Origin: Octopus sinensis
Lineage: Eukaryota
DNA: 53,755 bases
Direction of reading: 5' to 3'
Assembly (NCBI RefSeq): GCF_006345805.1
Contig: NW_021833839.1
Location: forward strand, 1-53,755
Shown here: positions 36,416 to 49,222 of the stretch, one piece after another
How positions within the stretch are numbered: position 1 is the first letter of the stretch
Layout of the letters: the number at the start of each line of letters is the position of its first letter
The notes under the pieces: model-generated
Seen by the model: only the letters and a program-made list of their open reading frames with translations
What the model was told of the DNA's origin: nothing
Databases searched by the model: none
Made by a program: the position numbers and the translations under genes

Positions 36416-37336
36416 TGGAGGCGCAATGGCCCAGTGGTTAGGGCAGCGGACTCGCGGTCATAGGATCGTGGTTTCAATTCCCAGACCGGGCGTTGTGAGT
36501 GTTTATTGAGCGAAAAACACCTAAAAAGCTCCACGTGCTCTGGCAGGGGATGGTGGTGATCCCTGCTGTACTCTTTCACCACAACTTTCTCTCACTCTTA
36601 CTTCCTGTTTCTGTTGTACCTGTATTTTCAAGGGGCCGGCCTTGTCACTCTCTGTGTCACGCTGAATATCCCCGAGAACAACGTTAAGGGTGCACGTGTC
36701 TGTGGAGTGCTCAGCCACTTACACGTTAATTTCACGAGCAGGCTGTTCCGTTGATTCGGATCAACCGGAACCCTCGTCGTCGTAACCGACGGAGTGCTTC
36801 CATTTCAAAGGGCCGGCCTTGTCACTCTCTGTGTCACGCTGAATATCCCCGAGAACTACGTTAAGGGTGCACGTGTCTGTGGAGTGCTCAGCCACTTACA
36901 CGTTAATTTCACGAGCAGGCTGTTCCGTTGATTCGGATCAACCGGAACCCTCGTCGTCGTAACCGACGGAGTGCTTCCATTTTAAAGGGCCGGCCTTGTC
37001 ACTCTCTGTGTCACGCTGAATATCCCCGAGAACAACGTTAAGGGTGCACGTGTCTGTGGAGTGCTCAGCCACTTACACGTTAATTTCACGAGCAGGCTGT
37101 TCCGTTGATTCGGATCAACCGGAACCCTCGTCGTCGTAACCGACGGAGTGCTTCCATTTTAAAGGGCCGGCCTTGTCACTCTCTGTGTCACGCTGAATAT
37201 CCCCGAGAACAACGTTAAGGGTGCACGTGTCTGTGGAGTGCTCAGCCACTTACACGTTAATTTCACGAGCAGGCTGTTCCGTTGATTCGGATCAACCGGA
37301 ACCCTCGTCGTCGTAACCGACGGAGTGCTTCCATCC
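36416..37336 (+). mobile_element. tRNA-derived SINE (octopus OR-like) with its 3' 177 bp repeated four times; 12-bp TSD
   Basis: TGGCCCAGTGGTTAG A-box-like and GGTTTCAATTCCC B-box-like motifs; GGCCGGCC recurs at 36634, 36811, 36988 and 37165; AATATTCATTGG at 36404-36415 and 37337-37348. Confidence 0.9.
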
Positions 37337-38070
37337 AATATTCATTGGATCAGGTTGTTATATATTTTTATTCAACACTTTATTTTACGACGAATGTAAA
37401 TATTTAGTCTATATACACAATATATTTGCGGGCAGAAGATTATGGTGCACATTTCCAATGTTTTTGGAGTTATGTCAGTTTTTTTCAGCAACGGCCGACT
37501 TTCTTTAAATATAAACGAACAAACAGATTATAATCTTACTGATATTAGTGGCAAACGTAAACTTGATAGCATAATTTGTATATTTGATACTAGTATGAAT
37601 TTTAAATTACTGGTTCGTTAGCAATATTGCTTACCTATAAATATATTATAGAACATATCTATAGGTTTCAGCGAACACTTTATACTATGGAGAGAAAAAA
37701 CGTAACTGTGCACCCTCCTCAACTATCCACGAAAGCGTTATCGATAGACCTACTGTTTGGGTGCTTGTCCTTTACTCAATAACAAATGTTGGACTTAATC
37801 TACCCGACGGGTATTTACAGTTTCCATCTATCCACATTTCACTCTCAGTAATTTATCAATGGGTAGCTTTGACAAAGCACATTCGGTTAGGGTGCATTAT
37901 GGGATTAAAACGGAAGTTAGATCGTGAATGGAACTTCTTGAGTAAACTAATAAATATACATGCTCTTAATCTGCCGGAAGGGTGCCCCTTTAGTTTCTCT
38001 GCGGCCCCTTTTCAGTCACGATGATTTGATCACTGTTAAGCTTTGGCGAAAGATACTCGGTTATGCCATT

Positions 38071-38285
38071 ATTCTTTTATTCTTTTACTTGTTTCAGTCA
38101 TTTGGCTGCGGCCATGCTGGAGCACCGTCTTTAATCGAGCAACTCGATCCCGGGACTTATTCTTTTGTAAGCCCCGTACTTATTCTATCGGTCTCTTTTG
38201 CCGAACCGCTAAGTAACGGGGACGTAAACACACCAGCATCGGTTGTCAAGCAATGCTAGGGGGACAAACACAGACACACAAACAT

Positions 38286-38323
<38 letters not shown>

Positions 38324-38327
38324 TTAT

Positions 38328-38360
<33 letters not shown>

Positions 38361-38531
38361 CATATATACGACGGGCTTCTTTCAGTTTCCGTCTACCAAA
38401 TCCACTCACAAGGCTTTGGTCGGCCCGAGGCTATAGCAGAAGACACTTGCCTAAGGTGTCACGCAGTGGGACTGAAACCGGAACCATGTGGTTGGTTAGC
38501 AAGCTACTTACCACACAGCCACTTCTACGCC
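38071..38531 (-). mobile_element. SINE family A, full-length
   Basis: Reverse complement of the family consensus. Confidence 0.9.
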
Positions 38532-39099
38532 ATTGTAGATGTATTGTGAGATTGAAACAGAAATCTAGTGCTTGTGAATTTAAATTCGTAATCCCACTGA
38601 TAATAAAGAACAGCCCCTTTCCAAACTCTATCGATATCTTAGAAAAAGATATGAATAAGATATGAATGTCAAATAGGTCACGAGGGCAGCGCACGGCTTC
38701 TCTTAGTTGTCCGACTATCACTACTTTATTGTATCAAGCGTGGAATGGTGAAAATAGTTAAAGATGATAATGGAGATATTTTAGCGATATTGCGATTCTG
38801 AATTTGGCAAGATAACATTTAAACTGAGACAATACAAACAAAATAAAGTAGAAATACGAAAACAAAAACAAAAAAAAACAACAGAAAATTAAATATAAAA
38901 GAAAGAAAGATAGGAAGAAAGAAAGAAAGTGCAATAATGAAATGATGTCTTGGAAGATATTTCTGAGGAAAAATTGAAAATTTTCGAAACAAAGAATGGA
39001 GAACGAGGGCGGAGTGAGAGAGGTGAAGAAGGATTTAGGAAGAAAAAAATTTGGTATTTAAGACATTTAAACATTGATTGAGAGGAACATGTGGAAAGA

Positions 39100-39102
39100 G
39101 GT

Positions 39103-39135
<33 letters not shown>

Positions 39136-39148
39136 CATACACACACAC

Positions 39149-39181
<33 letters not shown>

Positions 39182-39246
39182 CATTTATACATATATATGT
39201 ATATATATACATACATACTCATATATATATACATATACATACACAA

Positions 39247-39299
<53 letters not shown>

Positions 39300-39310
39300 T
39301 ATATATATAC
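39100..39310. repeat. (CA)n/(TA)n compound microsatellite
   Basis: Direct reading. Confidence 0.9.
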
Positions 39311-39599
39311 GCAGAAGGGGAGGAAAAGAGTGAGAGAGAGAGAGAGAAGAGGAGGAGGAAGAAAACAATTAAACATCAACCTGAACAGCAAGATGAATAC
39401 AGCACAAAGAAAAAAATTGTGACATTTGATTTTTAGCGAAAAGATAAACGGCAAGCTTTTTGAAGAAGTTGGAGTTGAAAAGGAGGGAGAGTGAGAGGGG
39501 GAGAGAGAGAATCGATTGCTGTTTGCGATAGATGACAGCAGGAGATAACAACAACAACAACAACAACAACAGGAATGGTAATAATCATTTGTATTGCAG

Positions 39600-39810
39600 G
39601 CACAAAGCCTGAAATATTGATGAGTGGTGGTGGTGGTGGTGTGTGTGGGCTAGTCGATAACACTAACCCCAGTGGCACTTAGTAACTGGTACTTAAAAGG
39701 TTGAAAGGCAAAGTGGATCTTCGGCGGAGATTGAACTCAGAACAATGCCGAAAGTAATGCCGCTAAGCATTTTCCCCGGTGTGTCCTAACGATACTGCCA
39801 ACTCGCCATC
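39600..39810 (-). mobile_element. Diverged SINE family B
   Basis: TGAAAGGCAAAGTGGATCTTCGGCGGAGATTGAACTCAGAAC...GCCGCTAAGCATT. Confidence 0.7.
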
Positions 39811-39917
39811 TTAAAAGTTGCAGCAGCAGCAACAGCAGAGAGTAGAGATGTGTTTGTGTCTGTCAGTGTCCTTGCTAATGTGTGAGAGAGTGCATATATT
39901 TCTATGTCTATTCTTAT

Positions 39918-39961
<44 letters not shown>

Positions 39962-40011
39962 ATATGTGTGTGTGTATATATTTATATCTAACCCTAACCC
40001 TGACCCTTCAA

Positions 40012-40217
40012 AATGTGACCGCGTGTGTACCAGTGGCGATTTTTTTCCTCTGTCTTCCCTTCTCTGGATCTTTCCTTCTCCTATGTTTCCGACGAAGAGC
40101 TCCGCTCGAAACAAACCCTCCTTCTTTCATTCTTTCCTGAGCGTCCAATAATACTGTAGTTGTTCCACGTCTTCGCGTTGTTGTGTTTTTTGTGCCTTCA
40201 TGTTTGGATTAACTATA
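40012..40217 (+). mobile_element. Penelope-like pLTR fragment (second copy) with broken hammerhead motif
   Basis: GTTT-CCGACGA-A-GAGC/TCC/GCTC-GAAAC-AAAC at 40085-40116; flanks align with 30985-31190. Confidence 0.55.
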
Positions 40218-40439
40218 TGTATATTGGTGGCTGTGTGTGCCTGTCTAACTATTTGGATATATAATATTAATTTTCACAGCCACCTGCTTACGTTAAGTTA
40301 AATATAAATATTTCATCTAACTATTTTTCATTCTATACTTAACTATACACGCACACACACACGCACATACATATATCCGATGGACTTCTTTCATTCTATT
40401 TTTCATTCTATACTTAACTATACACGCACACACACACAC

Positions 40440-40862
40440 ACATACATATATACGATGGACTTCTTTCAGTTTCTGTCTACCAAATCCACTCACAAGGCTT
40501 TGGTCGGCCCGAGGCTATAGTAGAAGACACTTGCCCAAGGTGCCACGCAGTGGGACTGAACCCGGCGCCATATATATATATATTATATATATATATATAA
40601 TATATATATATATATATGTAAAGTCATAGATGACAAAAATGGAGCTTGCCCTTCCTAACACCAACCACTCCGTGAGTGTAGTGGGTGATATATATATATA
40701 TACGACAGGCTTCTTTCAGTTTCTGTATACCAAATCCACTCACAAGGCTTTGGTCGGCCCGAGGATACAGAAGAAGTCACTTGCCCAAGGTGCCATGCAG
40801 TGGGACTGAACTCGGAACCATGTAGCTGGTAAGCAAGCTACTTACCACACAACCACTCCTGT
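40440..40862 (-). mobile_element. Two partial SINE family A 5' halves
   Basis: TACGA(T/C)(G/A)G(A/G)CTTCTTTCAGTTTC...CACTTGCCCAAGGTGCCA occurs twice. Confidence 0.8.
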
Positions 40863-40887
40863 GCTACAGACATTCATATATATATGC

Positions 40888-41102
40888 TGTTTGTGTTTGA
40901 GTGTGTCTTTCTGTCTGTCTGTCCGTCCGCCTGTCTGCCTGTTTGTCAATCCGTATATATATGTATATTTTATGCTAAAATCGCAAGTGAAGAATTCCAT
41001 TCTTTACAGCCGTTTCGATATCGTGTGGGTGACAAATCAAATAACAAGCATGAAGTGATGGACGAGAATAATAATATTGTTATATCGATTGTGTTATGCG
41101 CA
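40888..41102. repeat. 215-bp local duplication, copy 1 (copy 2 at 46114-46328)
   Basis: Colinear match at offset 5226 with five substitutions seen. Confidence 0.9.
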
Positions 41103-41809
41103 TAACACAATGATCGTCCCTCAGCCATTTAGTCATAACGCTTGAATACCCCGATCCCATTTCACGTATCGTACATGCATACATACATACATACATACAT
41201 ACATAAACAGACACAGCTACACTCACATCTACACGCATGTGTTAAATCTACATGACAATATACTTGCTTCAAATATTTACTATTCCATAACTTTGCCAGC
41301 AACAGTAACAACTTGTGGCTTCACATATTTGATCTTAGTAGACCAAAACATCAGGCAAATAGAATATATACATATATATATACACATATATACATACATG
41401 CATTTATAAACGTATGCACAAGCTCATTGAAAACAACAGATCGAACACAACCCTCAAAACCTAGTTCTCTGTTAGAAATTCAATTCTTTTTCCTCCCTGC
41501 AAGTCTCGTACCAACCCCGACACGTACCTACACATCATTAATGGTTCCATAGACCAAAATTTCTATAAGGATGTCGTTTGATCTTGTTGAAGCCATGCCG
41601 TATGCTCTCTTCCTCTCTCATTCTATCTCTCTCTCTCTTTCTTTCTCTTTCTCTCTCTCTCTCGCTCTCACCAGCAGTTATATGGTGGATGGCATCTTTA
41701 TAAATACGCTAAAGACATTCGTCATAGCGAAGATTAATACCTGCGTTTAGCCGTACAACTGCTTTGGACTGAACGAAATCTTATTGATGTGCCTACTCAA
41801 CTGAAATGG

Positions 41810-41834
41810 CCATTATTACCACGGCTATTATTAC

Positions 41835-41899
<65 letters not shown>

Positions 41900-41978
41900 T
41901 TATTATTTTTATTATTACTACTATTATTATTATTGCTATTATTATTGTTGTTGTTATTATTATTATTATTATTATTAA

Positions 41979-42011
<33 letters not shown>

Positions 42012-42133
42012 TACTACTACTATTATTATTAAGCTTATTATTATTATTATTATTATTACTATTATTATTATTAAACTTATTATTATTATTATCATTATTA
42101 TTATTATTATTATTATTAACCTTATTATCATTA

Positions 42134-42180
<47 letters not shown>

Positions 42181-42196
42181 GTTATTATTATTATCA

Positions 42197-42234
<38 letters not shown>

Positions 42235-42298
42235 GTTATTATTATTATTAGTGTTTTCATTCTTAGCATTATTAAATTGACTTTGTTGCTGCTTTTGA

Positions 42299-42334
<36 letters not shown>

Positions 42335-42350
42335 GATTGTTGTTGTAGTT
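41810..42350. repeat. (ATT)n tract
   Basis: Direct reading. Confidence 0.95.
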
Positions 42351-42469
42351 GTTGTTGCTGTTGGATATCAATTGTTGCCATATGAATACATTTCCTTCTC
42401 TGAAAGCTATGAAAGCTATGAGAATTCCGTCCATTCTAATTTCGTTCCCTTTTCTCTTGTCTTCACCCT

Positions 42470-42666
42470 TCATCTTTCCCTCCTTCTCTGTCTCTTTGTC
42501 TCTCTCCCTCTTTCTCTGTCTCTCTCCCTCTTTCTCTGTCTCTTTCTCTGTCTCTCTCTCTCTTTTTTTCTCTCTCTCTTTCTCTATCCTTCAGACATTC
42601 CCTTACAGGTATTCCTTCTTTTCTCTTCCCCCGTCTTACCCCCTTCTCCCATTCTCTCTGTCCGCT

Positions 42667-42716
<50 letters not shown>

Positions 42717-42856
42717 ACATACATTCTTACATACACTCATAGTCCTTCTTGCAGTCTCCTATTCTCTTCGTATCTTTCTCTCTCCATTTTTCTGTTCTTT
42801 TCCCCAAATTGTTTTTTTATTAACCCTTTAATCTTCTCTCTCTCTTTTCCCCAGTT

Positions 42857-42887
<31 letters not shown>

Positions 42888-43720
42888 ATCTTTCTCTCTC
42901 TCCCCCTTTTTCCCTAGTTTCTCTCTCTCTTTTTAATCCTCTTTCTCTTTGTTCAAATCTCTCTTTCACTCTTTGTTCCCCAGTCTCTCTCTTTTTAATC
43001 CCCTCTCTCTTTGTTCAAGTTTCTCTTTCATTCTTTGTTCCCCAGTCTCACTCTCTCTCACTCTCTCTTTCTTTCAAACTCTTCATCTCTCTCTTTCCAT
43101 GCTCTGTTCATCCATCTCCTCCTCCTCCTCAACACAGTTTTTAGTATCTTCTTTTAAATCCCCTCATTCTGTCACTCCATCATTTTCCCTCTCTCCGTCC
43201 GAGTCTCTCAAATCCAGGTTTCTCAGATATATATATCCCTCTCCCTCCCTCTCCCCCCTCTCTCTGACCGTGTTCCTCTCTATCACTTTATCCCAATATC
43301 TCTGCATTTCTCTATATTTCTTAATATGCATTCCTCTTAGTGTTTCTTTCTATATCTTTCTCTGCTCCTTCCTACTCTCTCTTTCTCTCTCTTTCTCCTT
43401 CTCTCTCTGCACATTGTTGCTCTTTCTCTGTTCTGTCTCTCTCTGCTCCTAGCTTCTCTCTCTCCGCTCCTTGTTACTCTCTCTCTCTCTCTCTCTCTGA
43501 TCCTTGTTACTCTCTCACACTCTGCTCCTTGTTATTCTCTCTCTGTCTCTCTCTCTCTTTCTTTCTCTCTCGGTCTCTCTCTCTTTCTCTTAGGGTTCCA
43601 TCTTCGTAGTACTCTTTCACACACTTTCTCTATCTACCTCTCTCCGTCTTTATATATCTCTCAATCTCTTCTCCACTCTCTTCTCTCTCACTCTTTCCCC
43701 CACCTCTCTTTATTTCCCTT
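42470..43720. repeat. About 1.25-kb polypyrimidine, (CT)n-rich tract
   Basis: Direct reading; strong strand asymmetry with only short interruptions. Confidence 0.9.
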
Positions 43721-44879
43721 AAGCACCCACCCCCTCTCCTATAAAACATTACATGTCATGTCATCTAATCCTACTCCAGTTTCATTTTCAACAGATCAGT
43801 GACGGTTTTGTTCCTGTGGAGAGAGAGAAAAAAATCATAAAGAGACACAGAGTACAAGAGAGAGAGAGAAGGAGAGAAGGACAGAAAGAAAAGGAGAAAG
43901 ATTGATGAACAGAGCGAGAGAGAGAGAGAACGAGAAAATGGAGGGTTAACAAAATGGCGTACATTACACCGCAGGTGATTCATTGTCGATTGTCAAGCAT
44001 TTATTATAGGAAAGCTTTTAAGCTCTTAACAACCTATTCATTCATCACTTTTCTTTTCAAATACCAACGGAGTTACTTCCCCACGAAAAACTATATAAAG
44101 CTAGTGGTGTTGGAGCTGTGGGGGGAGCATAGCTGTTGATGTTAGTGGTGATGGTGGTGGTGGTGGTGGTAGTGGTGGTGGTGGTGGTGGTGGTAGTGGT
44201 GGTGGTGGTGGTGGTGGTGGTATTGTTGCTGTTGTTGTTGATAGTGGTGGTGTTGGTGATGGTATTATTAGGAGGTGAAAGAGGATGGTTGGTGAGCTCT
44301 ACAACCTAAATCCATATTTAGATGGTTCCCTGGTCATAACTCCTTTTATATATTACAGCATTTTGGGAAGTCTTGAACTAACCATTTTCCTAAAGGTTCT
44401 ATTGCAAACCGCTTTGATTCCTTCCTTCCTTCCTTCCTTCATTTATTCATTCATTCAGTCCTCCTCTCCACCCTCTTTCCTTCCTTCACTCCTTCATTTG
44501 TTCTTTCGTTCCTTCTTTCTCTCTCATGTTCCCACAAACAATAGATACGAACACAGGTTCTGTTGCAAACAGCTTTCATTCATCGTTGCCCTCTTTCCTC
44601 CCTCCCTTCTCTCTTCCTTCCTTCATTCTTTCCTCCCTCCCCCCCTTCCTATCTTCCTTTCTTTCTTCCTTCCTTGCTTCCTCTTTCAACAAACTGCAGA
44701 TACAATGAACCGAAGTGGGAATTTTCTATGTAGTCATTTCGATTTGCTAGAAACGTCAGTAACATCACACTCTTGTTATCGTGTCTTACCTTGCGGCCTT
44801 CATAATTTCTTTCTGCTATAGTCGTCACAAAAGCTTTCAATTTGGAGAAAGATGTCTTGTCGAGTTTACGTACACCCGC

Positions 44880-45040
44880 CCTTCCTAGTGCTCAAATGGT
44901 ACTTATTATATCTACCCCGAAAAAGGATGAAAAGCAAAGTCTACCTCGGATTAATTTGAACTCAGAACGTAAAGCCGGAAGAAATGCCACTGGGTATTTC
45001 ATCCGGTGTGCTAACAAATTCTGCCGGTTCGCTGCCTTCT
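44880..45040 (-). mobile_element. Diverged SINE family B
   Basis: GGATGAAAAGCAAAGTCTACCTCGGATTAATTTGAACTCAGAACGTAAAG. Confidence 0.7.
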
Positions 45041-45254
45041 GTGGTCTTCATAACAAGAAAACAGTTGCGTAGGAGCAAATATCATCAGCCAGAAAGTTTG
45101 TGTAGAAACTAATATCACCAACAGGTGTGCATATTCAGGTGTGTTCCCTGTTAGGTATGGATTGATTGTGGCAGTAGTTTCTGTTATTTTTCGTTTTATT
45201 GCATTTAATCTTTTGCTTTGACCTTTACAAATTCAAAGCAAAATATTAAATTCA

Positions 45255-45355
45255 ATTGTGGCACTCCGTCAGTTACGACGACGAAGGTCCCAGCTGATCC
45301 GATCAACGGAACAACCTGCTCTTGAAATTAAGGTACAAGTGACAGAGCATTCCAG
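45255..45355 (-). mobile_element. 3' tail fragment of the OR-like SINE
   Basis: GGCACTCCGTCAGTTACGACGACGA...GATCAACGGAACA is the reverse complement of the tail of the 177-bp unit. Confidence 0.75.
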
Positions 45356-45359
45356 ATTA

Positions 45360-45590
45360 CACTGTGAATCTGAGGATTGACCCTCAAACATCCTGAAATG
45401 TTCGTATTGGGCATTCCGGCGCAAATCCAGCAGTACAGCATGTCGTTTCTAAATTTCTGACAGACTGAATTTCGTCATGATGCTGTCTGTCATCACAGGC
45501 GGTGCCAAGCGATCCTGCCATACTGTGTAGCCGATAAAACCAAAAACAAAGAATGCGCATGCGCTAAATTAAAAAAAATATATTGCTGTG
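45360..45590 (-). mobile_element. Tc1/mariner-superfamily 5' relic (leader plus transposase N-terminus)
   Basis: Minus strand ATGACGAAATTC.. gives MTKFSLSEI*KRHAVLL then frameshifted PNTNISGCLRVN, an HTH-like start; the upstream leader contains GCGCATGCGCA. Assignment is from recall. Confidence 0.45.
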
Positions 45591-45802
45591 TGGTAAGTAG
45601 CTTGCTAACCAACCACATGGTTCCGGGTTCAGTCCCACAGCGTGGCATCTTGGGCAAGTGTCTTCTGCTATAGCCCCAGGTCGACCAATGCCTTGTGAGT
45701 GGATTTAGTAGACGGAAACTGAAAGAAGTCTGTCGTATATATGTATATATATATATATATATGTATATATATAATATATTATATATATATATATATTATA
45801 TA

Positions 45803-45838
<36 letters not shown>

Positions 45839-46090
45839 TGTATGTATGTATGTATGTGTGTGTGTGTGTGTGTGTGTTGTGTGTTTGTGTTTGTCCCCCT
45901 AGCATTGCTTGAAAACCGATGCTGGTATGTTTACGTCCCCGTCACTTATCGGTTCGGCAAAAGAGACCGATAGAATAAGTACTGGGCTTACAAAGAATAA
46001 GTCCCGGGGTCGAGTTGCTCGACTAAAGGCGGTGCTCCAGCATGGCCGCAGTCAAGTGACTGAAACAAGTAATAGAGTAAAAGAGAGTAA
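45586..46090 (+). mobile_element. SINE family A
   Basis: GCTGTGTGGTAAGTAGCTTGC head with the first bases missing, expanded central microsatellite, AGAGTAA tail. Confidence 0.9.
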
Positions 46091-46113
46091 ATGGCGACAA
46101 AAGGTCGTGAGTT

Positions 46114-46328
46114 TGTTTGTGTTTGTGTGTGTCTTTCTGTCTGTCAGTCCGTCCGCCTGTCTGCCTGTTTGTCAATCCGTATATATATGTATATTTTATG
46201 CAAAAATCGCAAGTGAAGAATTCCATTCTTTACAGCCGTTTCGATATCATGTGTGTGACAAATCAAATAACAAGCATGAAGTGATGGACGAGAATAATAA
46301 TATTGTTATATCGATTGTGTTATGCGCA
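46114..46328. repeat. 215-bp local duplication, copy 2, embedded in an OR-like SINE fragment
   Basis: Matches 40888-41102; flanked by AAATGGCGACAAAAGGTCGTGAGTT and AAGGGGCCATCCTTGTCACATTC, which are contiguous parts of one SINE at 50616-50783. Confidence 0.85.
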
Positions 46329-46829
46329 AGGGGCCATCCTTGTCACATTCTGTGTCATACTGAATCTCCCTGAGAAATAAGTTAAGGTTCCCCATGTCTG
46401 TGGAGTGCTCAGCCACGTGAACGTTAAATTCACAAGCAGTCTGTTTATTTTGATTGGATCAACTGGAACACTCCTCGTCGTGAACGACGGAGTACCAGTT
46501 AGTATACTATATTATATTAATGCGAACAGGTATGGTGGATAACATTTTACTGAAAATGTTGTTGATTACTTTTCAGGTTTTTGTCGATAATGACAGCGAC
46601 CATGTCGATAATGATGGTGGTGATGTCGATCACGAAGGGTGATTATAATGGCTTTATATTCGCCAAAACTTGACATCCAATAAATTCACCGTTTCTAATA
46701 AATGAACGAACGAATGAATAAATGGATGCCGTTTCAGCTCTCCTCCTCCCCCTCCGTATCAAATACAGACGCTAACGCCATTTTCTACGCATCTAAAATA
46801 ATTTGTGACCAACAACTACACAACAATAA

Positions 46830-47057
46830 CGAAAGCAACAAGAACAACAATAATAATGATGAGATAACAACAACAACAACAACAACAACAAAAACAACAA
46901 CAATAATAATAATAATGATTATCATTATTATTATTATTATTATCATCATCATCATCATCACCACCACCACCATCATCATCATTATTATTATTATATTATT
47001 ATGATTATTATTATTATCACGATCTTCATCATCATCACCATCATCATCATCATTATC

Positions 47058-47095
<38 letters not shown>

Positions 47096-47327
47096 ATTAT
47101 CATCATTATTATTATTAGTATTATTATTATTATTTTTTATTATTATTATTTTATTATTATTATTATTATTATTATCATCAGCATCATCATCATCATCATT
47201 ATCATTATTATTGTTATCATTATTATTATTATTATTATTATTATCACGATCTTCATCATCATCACCATCATCATCATCATTATCATTATCATTATCATTA
47301 TTATCATTATTATTATTATTATCGTCA

Positions 47328-47364
<37 letters not shown>

Positions 47365-47461
47365 GATTATTATCATCATAACAGCAATACCACCAAAAAT
47401 TCAATATCAAATGTTAAAAGTAGAAACAATACTAGTGATGATTATAGGTTTTAAATGATCG

Positions 47462-47513
<52 letters not shown>

Positions 47514-47640
47514 GGTGTGGTGGTGGTAGTGGTGGTGGTGGTAGTGGTGGTGGTGGTGTTGGTGGTGTTGGTGGTAGTAGTAGTGGTGGTGGTGTTGGTG
47601 GTGTTGGTGGTAGTAGTAGTGGTGGTGGTGGTGGTATCTG
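46830..47640. repeat. (AAC)n/(ATT)n/(ATC)n/(GAT)n/(GGT)n trinucleotide tracts
   Basis: Direct reading. Confidence 0.95.
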
Positions 47641-47840
47641 ATAGCATATGAATATCTCTAAATAGACACACAAACACACACACACTCACACTCATATACA
47701 GATCTTTACATATATGTTTATACATATATATACATGTATATACATATATCTGTATATACGGTGAGAGAGAGAGAGAGAGAGAGAAGAGAAAGAGAGCGAG
47801 ATAGATATATAGAGACAGACAGACAGAGAGAGAATGAGAG

Positions 47841-47877
<37 letters not shown>

Positions 47878-48624
47878 CAGGGACAGGACTTCCATTTCAG
47901 TGTTTTGCAAAAATAACAAGGAATAAATTACTAAAATATACTATAATAATGAACACGCTCAAACGCATAAGCACACACATGAGCATACATACACACATAC
48001 ATGCACAACACACATATACGCTCTCCCAAAAGCACACACAAACACGCATACGCGCACACATACACAAACACATACACATATATCTTGACATCTACACACT
48101 CAAATCTCAATAAATGAAACCCACAGAGGCCAAAAGAAATGGAATTTTATGCAGTTTCGCAGTGAAATTCGAGATTTTTCTGGTTGTTCTGGAGAATTCC
48201 TCGATGGCCGATCAGGAATCCTTTCAGAGTGAATTGATGGAAATTCATAAAGGAATTCTTCGAGTGTGGATATTTTTGGTAGGAATATAAATTTTGATAG
48301 GAGAAACATTTTGATGGCAAACAATAAAATAATAGTAAAAAAAAAAAAAAGAATTAAAAGGTACAAAAAAAAGGAAAAAAAAGGAAAAAAAAAAAACGAG
48401 AAAAATAATTGATTGATTTGATTTCAATGTTTAACGTGAATTAATGAATGTAGAGTAAATGAGGATATTGAGACTGATGAAAATGACAAAAGATTGATGG
48501 AAAGAAATAAAGGAAGGAAGAAAAAAACTAGAGAACTGAAGGGAAAAAGAGAAGAAGAAGAAGACTGAAAGAGAAAGAGAATTGATATGGAAGAATGAGT
48601 AACTATGCATATATTTATATATCC

Positions 48625-49128
48625 TTCCAATATCGCGAGTGTTGCGCCCCCCCCCCGCGATAGGTGAAAATCCGTGAAGTAGAAACAGTAGTGTACTGTA
48701 TACTCTTTTACTCTTTTACTCTTTTACTTGTTTCAGTCATTTGACTGCGGCCATGCTGGAGCACCGCCTTTTAGTCAAGCAAATCGAACCCGGGACTTAT
48801 TCTATTGTAAGCCCAGTACGTATTCTATCGGTCTCTTTTTTGCCGAACCGCTAAGTGACGGGGACGTAAACACATCAGCATCGGTTGTCAAGCAATGCTA
48901 GGGGGACAAACACAGACACACAAACATATACACACTCGCTTATATATATATACACATATATACGACGGGCTTCTTTTCAGTTCCCGTCTACCAAATCCAC
49001 TCACAAGGCATTGGTCGGCCCGGGGCTATAGCAGAAGACACTTGCCCAAGGTGCCACGCAGTGGGACTGAACCCTGAACCATGTGGTTGGTTAGCAAGCT
49101 ACTTACCACACAGCCTCCTGCGCCTGTA

Positions 49129-49163
<35 letters not shown>

Positions 49164-49185
49164 ATTTGTATATATTATCATAATT

Positions 49186-49222
<37 letters not shown>

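Noticed and set aside
36416-36500. tRNA-like sequences at SINE heads
   Set aside because: They have A/B-box-like motifs but no complete cloverleaf or acceptor stem, and they run straight into SINE bodies.
36625-37334. Regular array that could be taken for CRISPR
   Set aside because: The units are entirely identical with no unique spacers, derive from a SINE, and the context is eukaryotic. The same applies to the 11-bp array at 18992-19208.
37761-38024. 87-aa frame with repeated LNLP(D/E)G
   Set aside because: Non-ATG start, and two 6-aa matches are too little evidence.
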